A DNA stretch of 64,000 bases from a virus, in IMG/VR virus record IMGVR_UViG_3300022226_000003, positions 13,535 to 77,534 of that record; one strand, 5' to 3'. Below the pieces are notes generated by a model, which saw nothing but the letters and a program-made list of their open reading frames with translations, made no database searches and was not told the origin of the DNA. Shown here one piece after another: positions 50,267 through 58,041 of this stretch. Made by a program: the position numbers and the translations under genes. The first letter of the stretch is position 1; each line of letters starts with the position of its first letter.

Positions 50267-50872
50267 ATGGCGATTTCAATTAAACCAATTAAAAGGCAGA
50301 AAGTATCTTTTCATATTGTTGGGACTACTCCCATGATTCAACATAAATGGGCTGAAAAAGCTATCATGCAAATGCGTGAAAAGCATGCAGGTAAGAAAAC
50401 TCGAGCACGTGATATTAGAAAACCTGAAGAAGAATTTCAAAATGCGTGTTATCTTACTGATAGTGATGAATATGGCTTTCCTCTAATGGGTTTTAAGACA
50501 TCACTTATTACGGCAGCGCATAAAGACATCGGTATTGAAAAGACTTTGGTGAAAAAGTCTATCTTTATTGAAAGTGATGATTCAAATCTTGTCGGTAAAA
50601 TGGAATGTTCTGAACCTATCATGCGTGAAGATTGTGTTCGAGTAGGGGCAGGTAGTACTGATCTTAGATATCGCCCTGAGTTCAGAGAGTGGGCTGCACA
50701 AATTTCTTTTGAAATTGACGGTGAAATGCTCACAGTAGAAGACCTTATTAATTTAACAAATCGAGCTGGATTTGGAGTAGGTTTGTGTGAATGGCGTCCT
50801 GAGAAAGGTGGTGAATATGGTCGTTTTAAAGTCGATACTACACAACCTATTACTACTGAAGATCTGGTGTAA
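50267..50872 (+). CDS. Stand-alone RAMP/Cas7-like protein
   Basis: N-terminal strand FHIVGTTPMI; FPLMGFKTSL helix; C-terminal G-rich loop AGFGVGLCEWRPEKGGEYGRFKV; AGGAG RBS. Confidence 0.7.
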   Translation: MAISIKPIKRQKVSFHIVGTTPMIQHKWAEKAIMQMREKHAGKKTRARDIRKPEEEFQNACYLTDSDEYGFPLMGFKTSLITAAHKDIGIEKTLVKKSIFIESDDSNLVGKMECSEPIMREDCVRVGAGSTDLRYRPEFREWAAQISFEIDGEMLTVEDLINLTNRAGFGVGLCEWRPEKGGEYGRFKVDTTQPITTEDLV

Positions 50873-51345
50873 TGAAAGCACGATGGAAACAAGGCTTTCA
50901 TGCTAAAGTCTCTGCAGATATTGCTGCTACTGAATTTGAAAGAATTCGTCAAAAGAATGGCGGTAATTTAGAAGCACCTTTAGTTCATGATGAAATTTCA
51001 AAAAAGAGAAATCCTTTACACAACACAGTAGAATGGAATGATTCTATAGCTGGTAAAGAGTATAGGTTATATCAAATTAGAAATATGTTACGTGCTATTG
51101 AAGTAATATATCTTGAAAATGATATTCCTACGCCTTCTCGACTTTTTGAAGTAATTTCAATAAAACCAGAAGCTTCTCCTAAAATGAATGTCTATAGAAC
51201 ATTAGAAGATATTCTAGCTGATCCCGAGCAAAGAAAGCAGCTCTTAATGAGAGCAAAAAGAGAACTTGCAGCATGCCGTAAAAGATATAAAGATCTAACA
51301 GAACTTTCAAATGTATTTGATGCAATTGATAGTATCTTAGATTAG
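50872..51345 (+). CDS. Helical partner protein of the RAMP-like gene
   Basis: TAATG coupling; NPLH..VEWND..A..YRLYQIR motif. Confidence 0.65.
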   Translation: MKARWKQGFHAKVSADIAATEFERIRQKNGGNLEAPLVHDEISKKRNPLHNTVEWNDSIAGKEYRLYQIRNMLRAIEVIYLENDIPTPSRLFEVISIKPEASPKMNVYRTLEDILADPEQRKQLLMRAKRELAACRKRYKDLTELSNVFDAIDSILD

Positions 51346-51355
51346 TTTATATTGT

Positions 51356-51549
51356 GATGACAAGGACGTCATCTTAAAGGCTTGCCGAGGATAGGCGTGG
51401 TATTGTTAGGCGTTGCAGGCTTGGACTGGCATAATTGGACTAGGCGTGACAGGGGTCGCGAGGCTTGACATGGTACGGCAGGCGAGGTGAGACGTTAAGG
51501 GGCATGGTGGCTTTCGTTGTGACTTGACATGGTACGGCAGGCGAGGTAA
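51356..51549 (+). ncRNA. (GGY-NN)n array 2 with a 5' GATGAC-AAGGAC-GTCATC hairpin
   Basis: 5-nt register from 51379; junctions at 51414, 51477, 51536; exact 25-nt repeat at 51464 and 51523. Confidence 0.72.
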
Positions 51550-51573
51550 CATTATTAAACTTTAAGATTGTTG

Positions 51574-51701
51574 GCACAAGGATGTGCATTTATTCAGGGA
51601 AATACTTAGGCGCAAAACTCACAGTGCTGAGGATGCGGTGGGCGGCAACCTGCGAAGAACCTTTGCCGAGGCATTTGGACCTAGGTGTTTCCCTAAATAA
51701 A
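51574..51701 (+). ncRNA. GGA hairpin followed by a structured RNA with a ~21-bp closing stem
   Basis: TTATTcAGGGAAATACTTAGG / CCTAGGTGTTTCCCTaAATAA enclosing two internal hairpins. Confidence 0.6.
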
Positions 51702-51724
51702 ATTTACCGCGAGGAGTATTAACA

Positions 51725-51955
51725 ATGTCCAAGAAAGAGGATATAGACCCAGTATATGGCCCTGATTACGGGCATTTAATGACATTGGAGGAATTCAAAG
51801 ATGCCATTCGATGCGGTGCGTTTATTGATGATGATGGAGTGGGAGTATTGGCCACCGCTGACTACTCCACAGACCATCAAATTTCTCCTTCAGCAATATC
51901 TACCGACAAAGAGCTCCCGGAATGGGTGACACATATTGTATGGTATAATAAATAG
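51725..51955 (+). CDS. Small phage protein (FIDDDG...VWYNK)
   Basis: GAGGAG RBS. Confidence 0.65.
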   Translation: MSKKEDIDPVYGPDYGHLMTLEEFKDAIRCGAFIDDDGVGVLATADYSTDHQISPSAISTDKELPEWVTHIVWYNK

Positions 51956-51963
51956 GAAATATT

Positions 51964-52497
51964 ATGAAAATTACTAGAAGTTCAAAGATGACATACGCTG
52001 AGATGGCAGACCTTGTCACGAGTTATATTAACAAAGGAGTTAACACCAAGCTCAGATTGCGAGATATCTTGAAAGTTCGTGCTAAAATAAGTTCGGCTGG
52101 TGCGGTTGCATTCATCGATGGTTACACCGGGAATGACCCTAAGAAACATTGCTGGAATTATAAAATTGGGGCTCATAATCGAAAAGAATTCTACGTATTG
52201 CAAGAAAAGAATGTATCATCCATTGAAGAAACTCTGGTTGAACGTAAATCTACGTACGGCAGTTTTGAAGACAATTCGGATATTTCCCAAACCTTGAAAG
52301 CAAGACTCAGAGCTTTTCCAAAATGGCAGTTACTTAATGATGTTCAAAAAGAAGCTCTGGAAATGGTTTGTTTGAAGCTAAGCCGAATATTAAGTCCAGG
52401 TGAAGGTCATGCACACATCGATAACTGGCATGATATTGCAGGATATGCTAAATTGGTTGAGAATCAGTTAAAAAATGGGAGATGCAATGATAGCTAG
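51964..52497 (+). CDS. Protein with a C-terminal DUF6378-like domain
   Basis: TLVER..YGSF...KLSRIL...DNWHDIAGYAKL. Confidence 0.7.
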   Translation: MKITRSSKMTYAEMADLVTSYINKGVNTKLRLRDILKVRAKISSAGAVAFIDGYTGNDPKKHCWNYKIGAHNRKEFYVLQEKNVSSIEETLVERKSTYGSFEDNSDISQTLKARLRAFPKWQLLNDVQKEALEMVCLKLSRILSPGEGHAHIDNWHDIAGYAKLVENQLKNGRCNDS

Positions 52498-52557
52498 ATA
52501 CACATTAGCTTTACAGGCTAAAATCTATTATAAAACATTGGAATTACAGGAGCTAAG

Positions 52558-52803
52558 ATGAGTAATAAATTGCCCTCTTTGTATAAATTACTGGGTGGTA
52601 ATCTAATTGGCCATGGTACTTACACAGGGCAATATTTAGTAGGCGCAGATAAGGACGATACTTTTATCCTGAACCTAGCTGATCTACCCAGGCTTCTTGA
52701 AGCCGAATCCCGATTAATCGAATTGAACAATCAAAATGCTAGATTAAAAAATATGCTTATGATTAAAGAAATTATGGACTCAAAGGAGACAAGTAGTGGA
52801 TAG
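52558..52803 (+). CDS. Hypothetical protein
   Basis: AGGAG RBS. Confidence 0.55.
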   Translation: MSNKLPSLYKLLGGNLIGHGTYTGQYLVGADKDDTFILNLADLPRLLEAESRLIELNNQNARLKNMLMIKEIMDSKETSSG

Positions 52804-54133
52804 TTATACAATCTACTCCTGCTTGGATATAATTGCAGGAGAACCAAAAACAAGCGTCAAAGTGGCGCTGCTTGAGGAATTCTTAGAGGAAGAAGAGTTC
52901 GTGAAAGTTATTAAGTTAGCGTATGACCCTTTAATTAATTACGGTATATTAGCTATAGAGCCGCCATTGATTACGGGTGAAAGAAATTTTGACGGGTCAA
53001 CTTATGAGTTACTCGACTGCTTAGCCAAAAGAATATTGACAGGTAATCAGGCACGTGCTGCAATCAAACAACATCTGTCAGAATTGAATAAGGAGTCCGG
53101 GGAGCTTTTCATAAATATCCTTAATAAAGACCTAAGAGCCGGTTTCAGTGCAAAATTGATAAATAAAGCTGCACCGGGGACAATTGAGACATTTCCGTAT
53201 ATGCGCTGCAGTACTTTAAAAGAAGTTGATATGCTAAAGTTGGATTGGAAGACCGGTCTCTATAGCCAATTAAAAGCAGACGGAATGTTCTTGAATATAG
53301 AGATTGGAATTACACTGGCTTACGGTGGACACGATTTTAAAGTCTTTACCAGAAATGGTATGCAGTTCCCTGTAGAAGTTTTCAGTAGACTCCCACAAAT
53401 ATTGATGCCTGGTTACCAATACCATGGTGAAGGGATTGTGTATGAAATAACTTCAGGAGATGCGCTCACACGAAAAGTCAGTAATGGAATTCTGAATAGC
53501 ATTCTACAATCAGGTGCCGAAGCCTTACCTAAGCATTTAGGTATAAAGGTGTTATTATGGGATATGGTTCCAATAGAAGATATTAAAGCTTCTATTAGTG
53601 AGATTCCCTATTGTAACAGATTTGCCAATTTAGAATCTTTGATTATCAAATCTGCAACCAGATATGCTAGCTTAATACCCACAGAAATTGTACACAGCTT
53701 AGCTGACGCATACACACATTTCAAAACAGTCACAGAAGATGGTTATGAGGGGACTGTTCTGAAAGATCCACGAGCTTTTTGGGAAGACAAGACTTCGCGT
53801 AAACAAGTCAAGATGAAATCTGAAAAAGAATGCGAGCTGGAGATCGTAGATGTAACTGAAGGTAAAGGCAAATATGTGGGCAGCACGGGTTCCGTTCTAT
53901 GTACTTCTTCTGATAAATTCTTAGAAGTAAATGTTTCAGGTTTTACGGATGAAGAACGGGACAATATCTGGAACAATAAAGAAAATTGGATCGGCAGAGT
54001 CATAACTGTTAAATTTAATGAAGTGATAGATGATAAACATGGTGGGAAATATTCACTATTTTTACCTAGATTTGTTGAGAAGCGTGAAGATAAACTGACA
54101 GCTGATACCACAGACTATATCCTTAATCTATAG
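52796..54133 (+). CDS. ATP-dependent DNA ligase
   Basis: KADG, GEG, WD, EGTVLK, KMK, SLFLPRF...REDK. Confidence 0.93.
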   Translation: MDSYTIYSCLDIIAGEPKTSVKVALLEEFLEEEEFVKVIKLAYDPLINYGILAIEPPLITGERNFDGSTYELLDCLAKRILTGNQARAAIKQHLSELNKESGELFINILNKDLRAGFSAKLINKAAPGTIETFPYMRCSTLKEVDMLKLDWKTGLYSQLKADGMFLNIEIGITLAYGGHDFKVFTRNGMQFPVEVFSRLPQILMPGYQYHGEGIVYEITSGDALTRKVSNGILNSILQSGAEALPKHLGIKVLLWDMVPIEDIKASISEIPYCNRFANLESLIIKSATRYASLIPTEIVHSLADAYTHFKTVTEDGYEGTVLKDPRAFWEDKTSRKQVKMKSEKECELEIVDVTEGKGKYVGSTGSVLCTSSDKFLEVNVSGFTDEERDNIWNNKENWIGRVITVKFNEVIDDKHGGKYSLFLPRFVEKREDKLTADTTDYILNL

Positions 54134-54142
54134 GAGAATTAT

Positions 54143-55090
54143 ATGTTAGAAATACATTACGGTAGGAAACGAAGTGGTATTAAACGTGAGCTAAAAAAGA
54201 AAGTAGATGAGTGGTTAGAATCAATCGAATCGGAAAATGTGCGAAAAATTGCCAAAAATAATGTAATAGTTACGGGAGGCGCAATTGCCAGTATGCTGCT
54301 GGGTGAACGCATAAACGATTTTGATATTTACTTTAAAACTAAGAAGGCCACATTGGAAGTGGCCTCTTATTATGTTAATAAGTTTATGGAAATTAATAGT
54401 GATAAAGTAAAGAAGATGACCATAAAGTATGAGCCGGAGGTTAGACAAGCAACTATTGAAAATTGTAAAGGAATTGAGGAGGAGCGTGTAATCATATGGA
54501 TGAAATCTGCAGGTGTGATCGCTGAAGAACAAGAAGATTATAATTACTTTGAAACTTTAAGTGAAAATCAAGTGGTTGATTTTGCGGAAACACTGATTGA
54601 ATCTGTGAAAGAAGAGAAGCCTAGGTATCGTCCTGTTTTCATGTCTCAAAATGCTATCACGCTTTCAGATAAAATACAGATAGTCATAAGGTTTTTCGGC
54701 AATCCTAAAAAAATTCATAATAATTATGATTTTGTGCATGCCACATGTTACTGGGATCACGCAAAGAACTTTTTATATTTAGATCCGGATGCAATGGAGT
54801 GTTTGCTTAGCAGAGTGTTAATCTACAGAGGTTCTTTATACCCGGTCGCCAGTATCTTCCGAATGAAGAAATTTGTAGAAAGAGGTTGGAGAATAACTGC
54901 AGGTCAACAACTGAAAATTATGTGGCAAATAAGTGAATTGGATTTAAAGAATCCTATGACTCTCAGGGAACAATTGACCGGAGTGGATATGGCTTACATG
55001 TATCAATTGATATCAGCCCTTGAAGGTATTGAGCCCGAGAAAATTGACAGCAGTTATATTGCCACAATAATTGACAGGATCTTTGAATGA
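54143..55090 (+). CDS. Pol-beta-superfamily nucleotidyltransferase-like protein
   Basis: VTGGAIAS...NDFDIYF; YDF; R..K...RGW. Confidence 0.7.
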   Translation: MLEIHYGRKRSGIKRELKKKVDEWLESIESENVRKIAKNNVIVTGGAIASMLLGERINDFDIYFKTKKATLEVASYYVNKFMEINSDKVKKMTIKYEPEVRQATIENCKGIEEERVIIWMKSAGVIAEEQEDYNYFETLSENQVVDFAETLIESVKEEKPRYRPVFMSQNAITLSDKIQIVIRFFGNPKKIHNNYDFVHATCYWDHAKNFLYLDPDAMECLLSRVLIYRGSLYPVASIFRMKKFVERGWRITAGQQLKIMWQISELDLKNPMTLREQLTGVDMAYMYQLISALEGIEPEKIDSSYIATIIDRIFE

Positions 55091-55374
55091 TGGAAAAGAC
55101 ATCTGTAGTGAATATAAACAATTCACCTTATCAAGTGTACATCGGTCGCCCCGGCAAATGGGGAAACCCTTTCATAATTGGTGTACATGGTAACAGAAAC
55201 GAAGTTATTGAAAAATATGAAAAGTGGATAAGAAAGCGACCGGGTCTGCTCGCAGATTTAGGTGAATTGAAAGGGAAAGTTTTAGGCTGCCATTGCTGGC
55301 CCAGTAGATGTCACGGTGACATTTTAATTAAATTACTTGAGGAAAGAGATGAGACCGATCAACACATTCCATAA
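55087..55374 (+). CDS. DUF4326 protein
   Basis: VYIGRPGKWGNPF...LKGKVLGCHCWP..CHGD. Confidence 0.85.
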   Translation: MMEKTSVVNINNSPYQVYIGRPGKWGNPFIIGVHGNRNEVIEKYEKWIRKRPGLLADLGELKGKVLGCHCWPSRCHGDILIKLLEERDETDQHIP

Positions 55375-55744
55375 AGATCCCGGAAAAATGTCAAATGAAG
55401 AATGGGTGGTGCATTTAATGAATCATCACCCAGCAGGAGGAATCATTCAATCTTTTGTGATTGAAGCATTACGACTATATAGCCGTATTGTTGCACAACA
55501 GGATCCCGTAAATTTCAAAGATCCAGAACAACAAGTAATCAACCCCATGATGTGGCGTGCAATGGGTATTGATGTATATCAACAGGTTTTGCGTAAATAC
55601 GGACAGACCGAAGAGGATAAAGTAGCTATAGCTATAATTCAAGAGATACAAACCAGGGTAGATAAAGAGCGTAAAGAAAAAGAAGAGAAAGATAGACTTG
55701 AAGCTGGAGCAAAAAAGAGCGAGCGGCCGGAATACAAGCACTGA
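55349..55744 (+). CDS. Hypothetical protein
   Basis: GAGGA RBS before ATG 55349. Confidence 0.55.
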   Translation: MRPINTFHKDPGKMSNEEWVVHLMNHHPAGGIIQSFVIEALRLYSRIVAQQDPVNFKDPEQQVINPMMWRAMGIDVYQQVLRKYGQTEEDKVAIAIIQEIQTRVDKERKEKEEKDRLEAGAKKSERPEYKH

Positions 55745-55766
55745 GCTTGCCGGTTACATCGCTGCG

Positions 55767-55882
55767 GCAAAAATTTCAAGTCGCCAGGGGCCAGACAGGG
55801 GCTAAAAAACGTCCCGCAGACGGCCACCGGGGAGCACAGAGAGTACCCCTTTCTGCATAGAACCCCGTTAAATTAACCCTTG
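55767..55882 (+). promoter_or_regulatory. GC-rich element plus motif A copy 3
   Basis: AACCCCGTTAAATTAACCCTTG at 55861-55882. Confidence 0.65.
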
Positions 55883-55976
55883 AAAGGGTTTTGTCATATT
55901 TTTGACAATTGTATCGTTTCAATTAAACGAATCTTACTTAAATGCAAATTTGCATATTTAGCAGAGGAATTTTTAA

Positions 55977-56555
55977 ATGACTGATGAGTTAAAACAAGTA
56001 TTCGTGACCCCTGATGGTCAGATGTTTAACACGAAAGCAGAAGCAAATGATTACCAACGGCGTCCATTGATTAAAGAAGCACTGATGGCGTTGACTGACA
56101 AGAATGAAGAACTGGCTGACTGGTTGGTTGAAAATCAGGAAACTGTCGTAAGTGCCTTTAATATTGGTACAATCAAGCGTGTAACAAAATCTGAAAAGAA
56201 AAAGCTGCATGCGGCACTTGAAGCAATCGTGGCTGCTGAAAATAAAGACTTTGCATTTATTGCAGAGAATGCCGAAGCTGTTGAAGAATCTTTCCGCTGG
56301 CCCACAGTCAAGCGCATGGATGATGAAGAGAAAGCAGCTGCTGCTAAGAAAACTCTTATGGAAGAAAGCGAAAACAATGAAGAGCTGTCTGATTGGGTAG
56401 TTGCCAATCAAGAGCAAATTATTGAAGCTTACTCGGCAGGTAAAGTTAAGCGCGAAGTCTCACCGAAAGCTCAACAAGCTCTGGCTGAGTATCGTGCAAA
56501 GAAAGCAGCTCAGAAAGCAGCAGAAGAAGCTGCCGCCGCTAAAGCTGCGCAATAA
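55977..56555 (+). CDS. Probably abundant helical protein with an internal duplication
   Basis: NEELADWLVENQE / NEELSDWVVANQE; A/K-rich tail; GAGGA RBS. Confidence 0.75.
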   Translation: MTDELKQVFVTPDGQMFNTKAEANDYQRRPLIKEALMALTDKNEELADWLVENQETVVSAFNIGTIKRVTKSEKKKLHAALEAIVAAENKDFAFIAENAEAVEESFRWPTVKRMDDEEKAAAAKKTLMEESENNEELSDWVVANQEQIIEAYSAGKVKREVSPKAQQALAEYRAKKAAQKAAEEAAAAKAAQ

Positions 56556-56761
56556 GCTACCTTGGGGCTACGTTGCTAAAACATTGTTCGTCCGTGGTGT
56601 GCCTCAATAACGGACCCATAGCGCTGTTTGCCCGTGGCGTCTCCTGGAACGGGCTTCATAATCATGGGTTTTGAGTCTTCCTTTACAAAAAGACTCCATC
56701 TTGTGAAAACTGGTTATTTTCATCTCGATGCTCCTCCATTGGTGGGAGTTTGTTGGTAGCT
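56555..56761 (+). ncRNA. Candidate ~205-nt multi-hairpin ncRNA
   Basis: AGCTACC/GGTAGCT closing stem around at least 5 hairpins. Confidence 0.55.
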
Positions 56762-56792
56762 CTTCTCCTTAATAAAAACGAACTACTAACTT

Positions 56793-56822
56793 ATCCTCTA
56801 GAGCTATCTGGAGGATTTTTTT
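56793..56822 (+). terminator. Intrinsic terminator
   Basis: ATCCTCTAGA-GCTA-TCTGGAGGAT followed by a T run. Confidence 0.75.
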
Positions 56823-56845
56823 CGACCAAATTAAAGAGGTACATA

Positions 56846-57136
56846 ATGAGTAAATATTTCTGTATATTACCTCGAGGTGTTTATGATTGGCATTTTAAGA
56901 AGCGCCGCTTTAGAAATAAGCCAGAGAATATTAATAATACATCTACAATGGATTGGCAAGAATTTTATCTAATAAATGGAGAAGATAAATTACATGTAGG
57001 GACAATCATAAGAGATGGTGACAGAGACTGGAGTTGTTTCAGTTCGAGAGGCCACTCTTTGGGTGTTGTCAGAGGTTTAAATTCACGGCATAATGCCGCT
57101 AATCTTTTATTACGAATGGGGAATTTTGAGCCATGA
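56846..57136 (+). CDS. Hypothetical protein
   Basis: GAGGT RBS before ATG 56846. Confidence 0.6.
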   Translation: MSKYFCILPRGVYDWHFKKRRFRNKPENINNTSTMDWQEFYLINGEDKLHVGTIIRDGDRDWSCFSSRGHSLGVVRGLNSRHNAANLLLRMGNFEP

Positions 57137-57465
57137 GTTCATTTTTAACGGAAGAACAAGAGAATATACTACGCAAAGCCTCAGACATGTGGGGGAAAAC
57201 TTTTCAAAAAGATATGGCTATAGAGGAATGCTCTGAATTGATTTTAGCAATTTCTCATTTCAAGAGAGATCGTATACATGCGGACATGCTCTTAGAGGAG
57301 GTCGCTGATGTACTCATCATCTGTCATCAAATGCAGTTAGATGAAGATAAGCACGGTATTGTGCAAACAATCATTGACAATAAAATGAGGCGTTTAGCGA
57401 AGCGTGTGGAAGCTGACAATCCTAACGAGAGATTTAAAGAATTTAGCTGTTTTTATAAACCATAA
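57133..57465 (+). CDS. MazG-like NTP pyrophosphohydrolase
   Basis: EECSELI...EEVADV. Confidence 0.8.
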   Translation: MSSFLTEEQENILRKASDMWGKTFQKDMAIEECSELILAISHFKRDRIHADMLLEEVADVLIICHQMQLDEDKHGIVQTIIDNKMRRLAKRVEADNPNERFKEFSCFYKP

Positions 57466-57476
57466 GGAGTACACTA

Positions 57477-57830
57477 ATGGTAGCATTAAATGACGAAGAA
57501 TTATATTCTATGAAAAGAATTAAAGAGGCTTTCTTAGATGCACAAGGCTCTTTACCTAAGTTTTTAACTAAATTACGGCAACTAGAATGGCATCCAGAAG
57601 AGAATGAAGTTGTGTTTAATCTAGTGACGATGACATATATGCCGTTTCTTTCCACACAAGATCAATCATGTAGGAGATTGACACCTGCCGAAGGTGGTTA
57701 CGCAGAAGTGATCAGACTCCTCAAAGAAATCGGCGAAAACAAACATCCTTTTCCGGATATCATGTGCAGAGATTTTTTGGAAAGATTTGATGCAAATTTT
57801 AAACCGTTGGAAATACCTAAAAATGAATGA
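57477..57830 (+). CDS. Hypothetical protein
   Basis: AGGAG RBS. Confidence 0.6.
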   Translation: MVALNDEELYSMKRIKEAFLDAQGSLPKFLTKLRQLEWHPEENEVVFNLVTMTYMPFLSTQDQSCRRLTPAEGGYAEVIRLLKEIGENKHPFPDIMCRDFLERFDANFKPLEIPKNE

Positions 57831-58038
57831 AGAAACTTTCACCAAAACTGAGATAGAGTTAATCAAACAAGCCGTAAAAACGCAACAAGATAAATTATGG
57901 GCAGCTGTTGTGGAAATTGATAAGAAATTTCCTATCCATACAGCAACAAGAGCTCAGCTTGAAGAGAGAAAATATGCTTTGGAAAATGCATTAGCTGCTG
58001 ACTCTCTCAGAGTTAAGCTTAAACTACTATTCGGGTAA
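57823..58038 (+). CDS. Hypothetical protein
   Basis: Overlapping start. Confidence 0.5.
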   Translation: MNEETFTKTEIELIKQAVKTQQDKLWAAVVEIDKKFPIHTATRAQLEERKYALENALAADSLRVKLKLLFG

Positions 58039-58041
58039 ACT

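Noticed and set aside
51464-51547. Two 25-nt repeats with a 34-nt gap as a minimal canonical CRISPR array
   Set aside because: Only two non-palindromic copies; the 'spacer' keeps the same pentamer register; no cas1/cas2.
51627-51660. CTGAGGA...CGAAG as a hammerhead ribozyme core
   Set aside because: GAAA is missing and the stem geometry does not fit; alternative hairpins explain the sequence better.
10740-55860. GC-rich patches at roughly 11-kb intervals (about 10.8, 22.9, 34.5, 44.9, 55.8 kb)
   Set aside because: Eyeballed only; no shared motif outside the 34.5/55.8 kb pair, and other patches break the spacing. It needs a sliding-window GC analysis.
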